A stretch of 64,000 nucleotides of DNA from an uncultured delta proteobacterium (GTDB lineage Bacteria > Myxococcota > Myxococcia > Myxococcales > Myxococcaceae): NCBI GenBank assembly GCA_963796055.1, contig CAWCKH010000003.1, forward strand, positions 608,001 through 672,000, in the 5' to 3' direction. The notes under the pieces were generated by a model that was given only the letters and a program-made list of their open reading frames with translations, had not been told where the DNA came from and did no database searches. This document shows, piece by piece, positions 8,809-17,833 of this stretch. Position 1 is the stretch's first letter; each line of letters opens with the position of its first letter. A program made the translations under genes and the position numbers.

Positions 8809-10089
8809 CTAGAACGGCCGCCGGACCGGTCCTCCGGGAGGAGCGGCCGGGGTGGGAGCGCGGCCGGTGCTCTCCACGCCGGTCACCACCGCGTCCCCCG
8901 CCTGGAGCGGGCCGGAGACGACCTCGGTGAAGGTCCCGTCCGAAACGCCCACCGTGACCTGCGCCGGGGCGGGTCGGCCGTCGCGCAGGACCCAGAGGCT
9001 GCGTCCGTTTCCTCCGCCGCCGGCCGCCTGGGCGGTGCCTCGGCCTCCGTCGCGTCCCGCCACTCTCTGCGGAGCGCCGCTGGTGCGCCCCAGCGCGGCG
9101 AGCATCTCCGGCGGCGGGCGAAAACGGAGCGCCGCGTTGGGCACCCGCAGCGCGTCCTGTCGATCAGCGTAGATCACCGTCACGTTGGCGGTCATCCCCG
9201 GCCGGAGCTTGAGGTCCGGGTTGTGCACGTCGATCACCGCGTCGTAGGTGACCACGTTCTGCTGCGTCTGCGGTGCGTTGCGGATCTGTCGAATCGTTCC
9301 CTTGAAGCGTTCGTCGGGGAAGGCGTCCACCACGAAGGTGGCGTCCATTCCCGGGGCGAGCTTGCCCACGTCGGCCTCGGCCACCGAGGTGTCCACCTGC
9401 ATCTGCTGGAGGTCGCCGGCCAGGGTGAAGATGGTGGGCGCCTGCAGGGAAGCGGCGACCGTCTGGCCCACGTCCACGCTCCGGGAGATGACCGTCCCGT
9501 CGACCGGGGAGGCAATCTTGGTGTAGGCGAGGTTCACCTCGCTCTGGGTGAGCTGCGCGCGGGCCTGCGCCAGCTGACCGCGCGCCGCGACCACCGACGC
9601 CTCGGCCCCCTGGAGGGTGGTCTCGGCGGTGTCGAGGTCTGCCTGGGCGACGAGGTTGCTGGCCCGCAGCGACTTGTCCCGATCGTAGGTTCGGCGGGCG
9701 GCGAGCACGCTGGCCTGGGCCTGCTTGAGCTGGCCCTCGGCGGCGAGCACGTTGGCCTTCGCCTGCGCGAGGTTGGCCTCGAAGAGTGCGGGGTCGATCT
9801 CGGCGATCAGCTGGCCCTTCTTCACCGTCGAGTTGTAGTCCGCATGCAGCTTGGCGATGCGCCCGCTGACCTGGCTACCGACCTGAACGGTGACCACCGC
9901 GGAGAGGATGCCGGTGGCGGTCACCCGCGCCACCACCGGGCCCTTCACCACCGCCGCGACCTGGTACTGCAGGGGCGAAGGCCGGTGCAGCACCCGCCAG
10001 GTGACGAGGCCAGCGACCACCAGGACGACGAGCGCGGCGACCCAGAGCCAGCGGCGGCGGCCGGGGTGGGACGCGTCGGGTTCGGGCAT
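8809..10089 (-). CDS. Efflux periplasmic adaptor subunit (MacA/HlyD family)
   Basis: N-terminal TM, VQVGSQVSG, coiled-coil hairpin, IASPVDG, GQTVAASLQAP, LRPGMTANV. Confidence 0.92.
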   Translation of the reverse strand: MPEPDASHPGRRRWLWVAALVVLVVAGLVTWRVLHRPSPLQYQVAAVVKGPVVARVTATGILSAVVTVQVGSQVSGRIAKLHADYNSTVKKGQLIAEIDPALFEANLAQAKANVLAAEGQLKQAQASVLAARRTYDRDKSLRASNLVAQADLDTAETTLQGAEASVVAARGQLAQARAQLTQSEVNLAYTKIASPVDGTVISRSVDVGQTVAASLQAPTIFTLAGDLQQMQVDTSVAEADVGKLAPGMDATFVVDAFPDERFKGTIRQIRNAPQTQQNVVTYDAVIDVHNPDLKLRPGMTANVTVIYADRQDALRVPNAALRFRPPPEMLAALGRTSGAPQRVAGRDGGRGTAQAAGGGGNGRSLWVLRDGRPAPAQVTVGVSDGTFTEVVSGPLQAGDAVVTGVESTGRAPTPAAPPGGPVRRPF

Positions 10090-10161
10090 GAGAAGATGCG
10101 TACACCGGTCCAGGCCCTAGGTTAAGTGGGCAGCGCTCGACCCCCCGCCCCAGGGGACGCC

Positions 10162-10722
10162 TCAGCGCTTCAGCATCGGCCTCCCCTCGTGGGTGACGAG
10201 GAGGTCGTGCATGTCGTTGGCGTGCTCCTCCTCCTGGGCCAGGACGCGCTCCAGGAGATGCCGGGTGGTGGGGTCCTTCTCGCCGAAGTAGCGGACGAGT
10301 TCGCGGTAGTGCTCGATGGCGATCCGCTCGGCCACCAGGTTCTCGCGGATCATGTCCACCAGGTTCTCGCCCTCGGTGTACTGCGATACCGCGCGGGAGG
10401 TGAGCCCCTCGGGGTTGAAGTTCGGCCGGCCGCCAAGCTGGTTGATGCGCTCGGCGATGAGGTCCATGTGCTCCTCCTCCTCGCGGGCGTGCTGGGCGAA
10501 CTCCTCCTTGACCGACTCGCTGGAGATGCCGGTGGCGGAGACGGCGTGCGACTTGTAGCGCAGAACGCAGACGATCTCGGTGGCCAGCGCCTCGTTGAGG
10601 AGGGCGATGGCGGTCTGGACGTCCCCTCCGTAGTTCTCGGTGACCGCCCCCATCTCCAGCTTCTCGCGGGCCCGCTTCCGGATCGCGGCGATGTCGGTGG
10701 CAAAGGTGCTCTTGTTGCCCAT
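10162..10722 (-). CDS. Ferritin-like/bacterioferritin-related di-iron protein
   Basis: LNEALATEIVCVLRY, EEEEH, RINQLGG, ENLVAERIAI, DPTTR, EEEHA; ATG with SD GGAGG. Confidence 0.88.
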   Translation of the reverse strand: MGNKSTFATDIAAIRKRAREKLEMGAVTENYGGDVQTAIALLNEALATEIVCVLRYKSHAVSATGISSESVKEEFAQHAREEEEHMDLIAERINQLGGRPNFNPEGLTSRAVSQYTEGENLVDMIRENLVAERIAIEHYRELVRYFGEKDPTTRHLLERVLAQEEEHANDMHDLLVTHEGRPMLKR

Positions 10723-10829
10723 GGTTGCGGACCTCCGAGCCTCGTCGGGTGTGCCGGGAGAATTCCGGCCTCCCGCATCGGGAGCCAAGGGACTTCTGGA
10801 GGATCGGCGTCTAGCGGACAGTCCGGGCG

Positions 10830-11855
10830 TCAGCCGGAGAGGATCCGACCGACGAGCCAGTAGCCGCCGAGCCCGGCGACGGCCACCGAGGCCCAGCGCA
10901 CCCCTGCCGGCCACATGCCGCCGACACCGCGCAGCCATCGCAGGACCGGCCAGGCGAGCGCGACGATGACCAGCTGCCCGATCTCGACCCCGAGGTTGAA
11001 GGTCAGCAGGCTCGGGGCGAGCAGGGAGCGCGGAAGCTCGAGGGCGCGCAGGGCGCCGGCGAATCCGAAGCCGTGCACCAGACCGAACCCGAAGGTGAGT
11101 CGCCACCGGTGAGCGATTGCAGACCTCACCCGCTCGCCCGACAGGGGGGCCCTGAGTGCGAGGAGGTTTTCCACCGCCACCGCGACGATGCTCAGGGCGA
11201 TCAGCGGCTCGACGAGCCGGGGCGGGGGCACGACCCATCCCAGGGTGGCCAGGGCCAGGGTCAGCGAGTGGGCGACGGTGAAGGCAGTGACGATGGCCAG
11301 CAGCTGCCGGAAGGTGCCTCCCAGCAGCAGCACCCCGATCAGGAACGCGATGTGGTCCGCCCCCTGGAAGATGTGCTCGGCACCGAGGCGGAGAAATCTC
11401 GCGGCGCCCGCCCAGGCTCCCGGCTGCGCTTCGACCTCGAGCACCGGCGCGCTCGCCCGCGCGGTCCGTTGCACGGTGCCCCCGGGGAGCCGGAGCAGCG
11501 CGACGTGCAGGTGGCCCTCGGGAAGCCGATCCAGGAACCCGAGCACCATCCGCAGCCGGCCGGGCGCACGGGGACACTCCCAGCGGGCGGTCACCGCCAC
11601 TCCATCGTCCTGGACCGGGGCGGCAGAGGAGGTGGCGAGCGTGCACGCGGCTCCGTCCACCGAGACCTGCACCGTGGCCGCGACGTCCTCGGGCCGGAGC
11701 ACGTCGAGCTCCACCCGGGCGAACTGGAGCGTCGCCTGCACTCGCCTCCCCTCGACCGTGACGTCACCGGTGGACAGGCGCAGCGCGTGGGCCCGGACGG
11801 CTCCGGGGACGAGCGCGCAGAGGGCGAGCAGGGCGAGGAGGCGCGGGCGGGGCAT
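10830..11855 (-). CDS. HupE/UreJ family protein (putative Ni/Co uptake)
   Basis: Signal peptide ending ARA-H, then LGAEHIFQGADHIAF, TAFTVAHSLTL, FGLVHGFGFA, FNLGVEIGQ. Confidence 0.9.
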   Translation of the reverse strand: MPRPRLLALLALCALVPGAVRAHALRLSTGDVTVEGRRVQATLQFARVELDVLRPEDVAATVQVSVDGAACTLATSSAAPVQDDGVAVTARWECPRAPGRLRMVLGFLDRLPEGHLHVALLRLPGGTVQRTARASAPVLEVEAQPGAWAGAARFLRLGAEHIFQGADHIAFLIGVLLLGGTFRQLLAIVTAFTVAHSLTLALATLGWVVPPPRLVEPLIALSIVAVAVENLLALRAPLSGERVRSAIAHRWRLTFGFGLVHGFGFAGALRALELPRSLLAPSLLTFNLGVEIGQLVIVALAWPVLRWLRGVGGMWPAGVRWASVAVAGLGGYWLVGRILSG

Positions 11856-11955
11856 CGGCTGGGCGCCACCCTAACGAGGGCAGACCGGTGCCCGCGCAGC
11901 GAATTTCACTTGAATCCGATTGCCGCCCGCGTCCGTACTTCGTCCGGTCCAGCCC

Positions 11956-12336
11956 ATGCGCCCTGCCCGACGCACCCCGGAGCAGCGAAGGAGCGAAGCC
12001 GCTCCGCTCGCGCTGGTGCTCGCCGGCTGGGCGCTGGCGGTGGCGCCCGTCGCCCACCCGCTGCTCGGGCACGGCACGCCGTTCCTCCATGACTCGGCCG
12101 ACGAGGGGTGGGTCCACCATGGGGACGGTCGCGGCGGTGACGGCGGGCCGGCGGTTCCGGCCGGGCACCACCACGCCCCCGGAGCCCCCGAGCACCTCCA
12201 GCTCCCGCTGCTGGCAGCCGCGCCGCCGCCCGTCTTCCAGACGGTTGTGCTCGCCGTACGGCCGCCGCCGCCGCGCGCGGAGCGCCCTCTCTCCCTCCCC
12301 CGCCGGTGGTCGCAGGAGCAGCCGCAGGCGCCGTGA
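11956..12336 (+). CDS. His-rich upstream ORF of the TonB receptor, candidate ribosome-arrest leader peptide
   Basis: Hydrophobic N-terminal segment, His-rich middle (H, HH, HHH), Pro-rich linker, C-terminus EQPQAP-stop; ends 62 nt before the receptor start. Confidence 0.6.
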   Translation: MRPARRTPEQRRSEAAPLALVLAGWALAVAPVAHPLLGHGTPFLHDSADEGWVHHGDGRGGDGGPAVPAGHHHAPGAPEHLQLPLLAAAPPPVFQTVVLAVRPPPPRAERPLSLPRRWSQEQPQAP

Positions 12337-12339
12337 GCC

Positions 12340-12357
12340 GCACGGGAGCTCCCGTGC
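12340..12357. promoter_or_regulatory. Perfect 18-bp palindrome/hairpin just after the uORF stop
   Basis: GCACGGGAGCTCCCGTGC. Confidence 0.6.
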
Positions 12358-12398
12358 CGCCCGTCGTCCGCTGACCGTTCCCGAACCCCCCAGGGGGA

Positions 12399-14594
12399 GT
12401 GATGCCCCGATCCGTCCGGACGGGCCAGGTGCTCGTCCTGTTGCTCGCGGGTGCGACCGCACGCGCCCAGCCCGCCACCGCTCCGCCGAGCGGGCCGTCG
12501 GAGACCACGGTGGCCCAGCTGACCCCCGATGCTCCCTCGGTGGACGCGAATGGGTCGCCGTACCAGACGACGGTCGAGGCCCGGGCCCCGACCTCCGCGG
12601 CCTCGGCGGAGACCATCCGCGACCGGGACCTCCGGCTTCGACCCTACGCGACCCCGGAGGACATCCTCCGCGTCGTGCCCGGCCTGGTCACCGCCCAGCA
12701 TCAGGGCGGGGGAAAGGCCGACCAGCTGTTCCTCCGCGGATTCGACGCAGACCACGGAACGGACGTCGCCCTCTCCCTCGACGGCATCCCCGTCAACCTT
12801 CCCTCGCACGGCCACGGCCAGGGCTACGCCGACCTGAACTTCCTCATCCCCGAGGTCGTCGACCGCGTGGAGGTGCTCAAGGGTCCCTACTTCGTCGAGT
12901 TCGGCGACTTCGCCACCGCCGGCGCGGTGAACCTCCGCACCCGTCGCAGCTTCGCCGAGAGCTCCGTCCAGGCGTCGTACGGATCGTTCCAGAGCTGGCG
13001 CGTCCTGGGCGTGGGGAGCACCGGGGCCACCGCGAACCCCACCTGGCTCGCCGCGGAGGTGTCGGGCACGCAGGGCCCGTTCCTCGTCGGCGAGGACCTG
13101 CGCCGGTACGCCCTCTTCCTCAAGTCGACCCTGCAGCTCTCGTCGAGCACCACCCTCGGCATCCTCGCCAGCGCGTACGGATCGCAGTGGCGTGCGAGCG
13201 GCCAGATTCCCGAACGGCTGCTGACCGTCTCCCAGTTCAACCCCGTTGCCCTGGACCCCTTCGGCTCGATCGACCCCAGCGAGGGCGGCCAGACCCAGCG
13301 GCAGATGATCGCGCTCACCGTCGAGAGCCACCCGTCGGACCGGAACGAGATCGCCCTCACCGCCTACGCGGTCCGTTACCGGCTCACGCTCTTCAGCGAC
13401 TTCACCTTCCAGCTCCACGACGAAACCAACTTCGACGAGATCGAGCAGACCGACGCGCGCCTCTACACCGGGCTGAACGCGATCTACCGGCGCCGCATCG
13501 AGCTCGGTGACGTCCGGATGGTCACCACGATCGGCGCCCAGGCCCGGCTGGACTCGACGACGGTGGGACTCTGGCACGTGAAGGAACGCGTCCGGCTCCC
13601 GACCTGCGCACCGGTGGTGCCGGGCGCCCCGCTCAATCCCTGTGCGCTCGACGACGTCGTCCAGTCCGACCTCGCCGCCTTCTTCCAGGAGGACGTGCGG
13701 TTCACGCCATGGCTGCGGGTGGTGCTCGGGGTGCGTGGAGACCTGTTCGAATGGAACGTCACCAACAACGGCCCGAACCCGAGCCCCGCCGAGAACCACG
13801 GCACGGGAGTCGTCCAGCGCGGCATCGTCAATCCCAAGCTGCAGACGGTCATCACTCCCCTCACCGGCTGGGACCTGTACCTCGACGCCGGAGGTGGCTT
13901 TCACAGCAACGACGCGCGGGCAGTGGTGGCGCAGAACGGCTCGGGGGCGCTTCCCCGTGCGTGGGGCGGCGAGGTGGGCACCCGCCTGTCGCTTCTCGAC
14001 CGGAGGCTCGACCTCGCCGCAGCGCTCTGGGCCATCCACCTCCAGTCCGAGCTGGTCTTCGTCGCCGACGAGGGGACCACCGAGGCGTCGGACCCCACCG
14101 ACCGCTATGGCCTCGACCTCGAAGCCCGCTTCCGCATCCTCGCCTGGATGTGGGCCGATCTCGACCTCACGCTCGCGCACGCCGCGTACACCCAGGACCA
14201 CGGCAACGCCCGGGCGGTGGCGCTGGCACCGACCTTCACCGCCCAGGCCGGCCTCAGCGTCGTCCACCCCGCGGGCATCCGTGGGCGGCTCGGCGCGCGC
14301 TGGGTCGGGAGCCGCCCGGCCACCGAGGACCCGAATGGCCTGCAGGCGCAAGGGTACTTCATCGTGGACCTCACGCTCGCCTACCGCTGGCGCTTCCTCG
14401 AGGTTGGCCTGGCCATCGAGAACGTGCTGAACACCGCCTGGCGCGAGGCCCAGTTCGCCAACAACTCGTACGTGGCTGGGCGAGACCCGGACCTCCGCGA
14501 TCCGGTCACCGGTGCACGGATCGGCCAGTTCGGCATCCACTTCGCGCCGGGGAACCCGATCAACGTCCGGGGCACGGTCGCGGTCTACTTCTGA
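12399..14594 (+). CDS. TonB-dependent receptor (probably for a metal)
   Basis: Signal peptide, TonB-box-like TTVEA, plug motifs VPGLVTAQHQGGGKADQLFLRGFDADHGTD, NLPSHGHGQGYADLN and KGPY...GAVN; beta-barrel ending in F. Confidence 0.94.
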   Translation: MMPRSVRTGQVLVLLLAGATARAQPATAPPSGPSETTVAQLTPDAPSVDANGSPYQTTVEARAPTSAASAETIRDRDLRLRPYATPEDILRVVPGLVTAQHQGGGKADQLFLRGFDADHGTDVALSLDGIPVNLPSHGHGQGYADLNFLIPEVVDRVEVLKGPYFVEFGDFATAGAVNLRTRRSFAESSVQASYGSFQSWRVLGVGSTGATANPTWLAAEVSGTQGPFLVGEDLRRYALFLKSTLQLSSSTTLGILASAYGSQWRASGQIPERLLTVSQFNPVALDPFGSIDPSEGGQTQRQMIALTVESHPSDRNEIALTAYAVRYRLTLFSDFTFQLHDETNFDEIEQTDARLYTGLNAIYRRRIELGDVRMVTTIGAQARLDSTTVGLWHVKERVRLPTCAPVVPGAPLNPCALDDVVQSDLAAFFQEDVRFTPWLRVVLGVRGDLFEWNVTNNGPNPSPAENHGTGVVQRGIVNPKLQTVITPLTGWDLYLDAGGGFHSNDARAVVAQNGSGALPRAWGGEVGTRLSLLDRRLDLAAALWAIHLQSELVFVADEGTTEASDPTDRYGLDLEARFRILAWMWADLDLTLAHAAYTQDHGNARAVALAPTFTAQAGLSVVHPAGIRGRLGARWVGSRPATEDPNGLQAQGYFIVDLTLAYRWRFLEVGLAIENVLNTAWREAQFANNSYVAGRDPDLRDPVTGARIGQFGIHFAPGNPINVRGTVAVYF

Positions 14595-15016
14595 TCCCCC
14601 GGGGGTTTTCGCTCGCGCAGCCGTCGCTCGCGCGCGGTGACCGCGGCAGCCGTCTCGCTCTGACCCTCGCTCCGGAGCTTCTTGAACTCGTCCTGGAAAT
14701 CCTTCAGCTCGTCCTCCGAGGCGTCCTCGAGCGCGGCGAAGGTGTTCCGCGCCTCGCGGGTGCTGCGGATGAGCTCGTCGAGCTTGAGGTGGAGCGCGGT
14801 GGCGTCGCGGTTCTGGGTGGCCTGGATGAGGAACACCATCAGGAAGGTCACCACCGTCGTCCCGGTGTTGATGACCAGCTGCCACGAGTCGCTGAAGTGG
14901 AACAGCGGGCCGGTCACCGCCCAGGCCACGACCACCAGCAGCGCCAGCGTGAAGGCGAGCGGCGTCCCCATCGCTCGGGACGCGCTGTTGGCGAAACGAC
15001 GGAAACCGTCCTCCAT
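14585..15016 (-). CDS. Low-affinity iron permease (Fet4-like) family protein
   Basis: FSDSWQLVINTGTTVVTFLMVFLIQATQNRD...LKLDELI. Confidence 0.9.
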   Translation of the reverse strand: MEDGFRRFANSASRAMGTPLAFTLALLVVVAWAVTGPLFHFSDSWQLVINTGTTVVTFLMVFLIQATQNRDATALHLKLDELIRSTREARNTFAALEDASEDELKDFQDEFKKLRSEGQSETAAAVTARERRLRERKPPGDQK

Positions 15017-15116
15017 CCACCCAGAAGGTAGGCACCGGTGCCGGCCCGCGGGAGCGCCCTTCCCTTCGGGAATGGGCTTGACCGGGGCGGCCGTGGCGAG
15101 AACGCTCGCGCCGCCC

Positions 15117-16595
15117 GTGAAGTGCCACCCCCTTGCGCCGCTGCTGGTCCTCCTGGTCTCCGCCAGCACCGCCGGCGCCCAGCCCGACGAGCGGCCCGGG
15201 GGTTCCCCGCCGGGGGTGGTCCGCATCCGCGAACGGGGGGTCCTCGAGCTCCGGGTTCCCCTCGCCGGGCGTCCACCCCAGACCCGCGCCCGCGAGGCGA
15301 CCGAAGCCCTGACCCACGTCCTCGAGCAACCCGGGCCAGACGTGGTCCACCTCGAGCCGGCCGAGCAGGGAGTGGCGCTGCGGGTGGGCACGACGCCGAT
15401 TCTCGAGCTGGCCGCGGACGACGCCCGAGAGGGTGGGGCCACCGACCTCACGCTCTACGCCGCCGTGGTGGGGCAGCGCATCGAGGCGGCGCTGAAGGCG
15501 GAGCGGCGACGGCTGGAGATCCAGGACACCGTGTTCTCAGTCTCGCTGGCGGTGTTCATCACCCTGCTCGCCTTCCTGGCGCTGCGGCTGGTCGGGAGGC
15601 TCGCCGCGCAGCTCCGCGCCGCGCTGGTGGCCGACCGCGAGCGGGTCCCGGCGCTCAGGGTGGGCAACGTGGAGGTGGCGAGCCAGCGGGTGGTGCGCGG
15701 GGCGCTGGGGCTCGGTCTGCTGGTCGGCGCCTGGATCGTCCAGATCCTCGTGCTCTACGTCTGGGTGCTCTTCGTCCTTTCGCTGTTCGCCCCCACCCGC
15801 GCGTACGGCGCCCGGCTCACCGGGTCGGTCCTCCGGCCGGCGGCGGCCATCCTCGGCCGGGCAGGTGGCGCGCTCCCGATGCTGGTGGTGGCGGCCCTGC
15901 TGGCGCTGGTGGTGGGGCTGGTGGTTCGCACCCTGCGGCTGTTCTTCGAGAGCATCGCCCGGGGCGAGACGCACGTCCGCTGGATCTCGGCGGATCTGGC
16001 GCGCCCGGTGGGCGTGCTGCTGCGCGGCGCGATCGTCGTGCTGGCGGTGCTGTTCGCCGCCCCGCTCATCACCGGCGGCGACACCGGTGCTCTCTCCCGG
16101 CTGGCGACGGCGGTGCTCCTGGCGCTGGCGCTGGGGGCCGTGCCCCTCCTGGCCTCGGTCGCGGTGGGGCTTCCCACGGTCTTCAGCCGGACGCTTCAGC
16201 CGGGACAGATGGTGGAGCTCGGGGGCCGCCGGGGCCGCGTCCGCGCGGTAACGCTCCTCGAGATTCACCTCGAGGACCCCCAGGGGGCGGAGCTGCACAT
16301 CCCGCATCTGGTGGCATTCCTCCACCCGAGACGCGCGCTGGGAGGAGTCTCGCGCCGGGCGCTCGAGGTGTGGGTGGACAGCGCAGAGGATCAGGCCCGG
16401 GTCGAGTCGGTGCTGCTCGAGGCCGCGGGCTCGCATGCCTCCGGGGCCCGGGCCGAGCTCCTCTCGCTGGACGGACGCGGAGCCCGGTGGCGGGTGTGGG
16501 GCATCCACCCCGACCTGGGCCAGCGGGTGGCCACCGCGCTGCGCGATGCGCGGGTGACGCTTGGGCAACCTGGGCCCGAGGCGCGCCGCCCATGA
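15117..16595 (+). CDS. MscS-family-like membrane protein with periplasmic N-terminal domain
   Basis: Signal peptide, about 5 TM helices, then SRTLQPGQMVELGGRRGRVRAVTLL...IPH (MscS beta domain). Start uncertain (15072 or 15117). Confidence 0.7.
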   Translation: MKCHPLAPLLVLLVSASTAGAQPDERPGGSPPGVVRIRERGVLELRVPLAGRPPQTRAREATEALTHVLEQPGPDVVHLEPAEQGVALRVGTTPILELAADDAREGGATDLTLYAAVVGQRIEAALKAERRRLEIQDTVFSVSLAVFITLLAFLALRLVGRLAAQLRAALVADRERVPALRVGNVEVASQRVVRGALGLGLLVGAWIVQILVLYVWVLFVLSLFAPTRAYGARLTGSVLRPAAAILGRAGGALPMLVVAALLALVVGLVVRTLRLFFESIARGETHVRWISADLARPVGVLLRGAIVVLAVLFAAPLITGGDTGALSRLATAVLLALALGAVPLLASVAVGLPTVFSRTLQPGQMVELGGRRGRVRAVTLLEIHLEDPQGAELHIPHLVAFLHPRRALGGVSRRALEVWVDSAEDQARVESVLLEAAGSHASGARAELLSLDGRGARWRVWGIHPDLGQRVATALRDARVTLGQPGPEARRP

Positions 16596-17833
16596 ACACG
16601 CTCTGGGCGCTGATGGGGCTCATCGCCGCCGCCTTCGTCGGCAGCGTCCTGGTGGGGCGCCGCAGGCAGACACGCCACGGGCTGGCCTCGGGGTCGGAGC
16701 CGGTCCTCGCCGGGTTCCTGCTCGGCCCGACGGTGCTTGGCCTCGTCACCCCCGGCCTCCTCGAGGTCTTCACCCCGCTGGCGCAGGTGGGGTTGGGCTG
16801 GCTCGCGCTGATCGTCGGGCTCGACTACGGGTGGGTGGACCGTCGACGGATCCCCATCATCCGGCGCGTCGGAGGGACGCTCGCCGGGCTCTTCACCATG
16901 GCGGCCATCACCGCGGCGACCTTCGCCGTGCTCCGGCGACTGCAGCCCACCGGGCCGTCATGGTGGCAGGACACCGCGAACTGGATTACCGCCGGGGGCA
17001 TCGGGGCGGCCTGCGCCGAGACGACCCGCCACGCGGTGCGCTGGGTGGCCGACCGACTGAAGGCGAGCGGCGAGGTGACCGACGTGCTGCTCGACGTCGC
17101 CGACGCGGACGACTTCGGGCCCCTGCTCGCTTGCGGTGCGCTGTTCACACTGCAGCCGCCAGCCGGGCTCCGATGGGCGGCCCACCCGGGTGTGCTCTGG
17201 GCAGGGCAGATCGGTCTCGGAGTGGCCATCGGCCTCCTCACGGCGCTGCTGGTCTCGCGGGAGTTCCGCTCCCGGTCACTGTGGGGGCTGCTCTTTGGAA
17301 CCTCGATGGTTGCCATCGGACTCGCCGTCCGGGCCGACCTGGCGGTGTTGACGGTGGGGTTCTGCATGGGCCTCGGGCTGAGCGCGGTGTCCCGCCACCG
17401 CCAGGCCATCCGGGCGGTGGTCCTCCCGGTCGAGGGCCCCCTCCGCTTGCCGGCGCTTCTCCTGGCCGGCGCCCACATCGACATCCGCGACGTTCCGCTG
17501 CTGCCATGGGTGGTGCCCACGGCACTGGGCGCGCGTGTCCTGGCCAAGACCCTGGTCGCGGGGATGGCCGCGGTGCTCTGCCCTCCACTTCGACGCGCTG
17601 GACCTCCCCTCGTCCCGGGGCTTCTGGCCTGTGGCCCCACCGCGATGAGCATCGGGCTGGCCTTCGCCCTGCGCTTTCCCGGCCCGGTCGGCGAGACGGT
17701 GCTGGTGTCGGCCGCCGCGGCAACGGTGCTGGGTGAGCTGGTCGCCCCCCTGGGCCTCAGGTCGGCCCTGCGCCGTGCCGGCGAGGCCACGGTCCAGACC
17801 GGCTCGCAGCCTGCACTCGAGGTGCCGGCATGA
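16592..17833 (+). CDS. Kef/CPA2-like cation:proton antiporter membrane protein
   Basis: Many TM helices, GFLLGPTVLG, DD in a central helix; ATGA overlaps with both neighbours. Confidence 0.7.
   Translation: MNTLWALMGLIAAAFVGSVLVGRRRQTRHGLASGSEPVLAGFLLGPTVLGLVTPGLLEVFTPLAQVGLGWLALIVGLDYGWVDRRRIPIIRRVGGTLAGLFTMAAITAATFAVLRRLQPTGPSWWQDTANWITAGGIGAACAETTRHAVRWVADRLKASGEVTDVLLDVADADDFGPLLACGALFTLQPPAGLRWAAHPGVLWAGQIGLGVAIGLLTALLVSREFRSRSLWGLLFGTSMVAIGLAVRADLAVLTVGFCMGLGLSAVSRHRQAIRAVVLPVEGPLRLPALLLAGAHIDIRDVPLLPWVVPTALGARVLAKTLVAGMAAVLCPPLRRAGPPLVPGLLACGPTAMSIGLAFALRFPGPVGETVLVSAAAATVLGELVAPLGLRSALRRAGEATVQTGSQPALEVPA

Noticed and set aside
14595..14610. Intrinsic terminator after the TonB receptor (CCCCCGGGGGTTTT)
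   Set aside because: The stem has almost no loop, the U-tract is short, and it lies within the convergent CDS.
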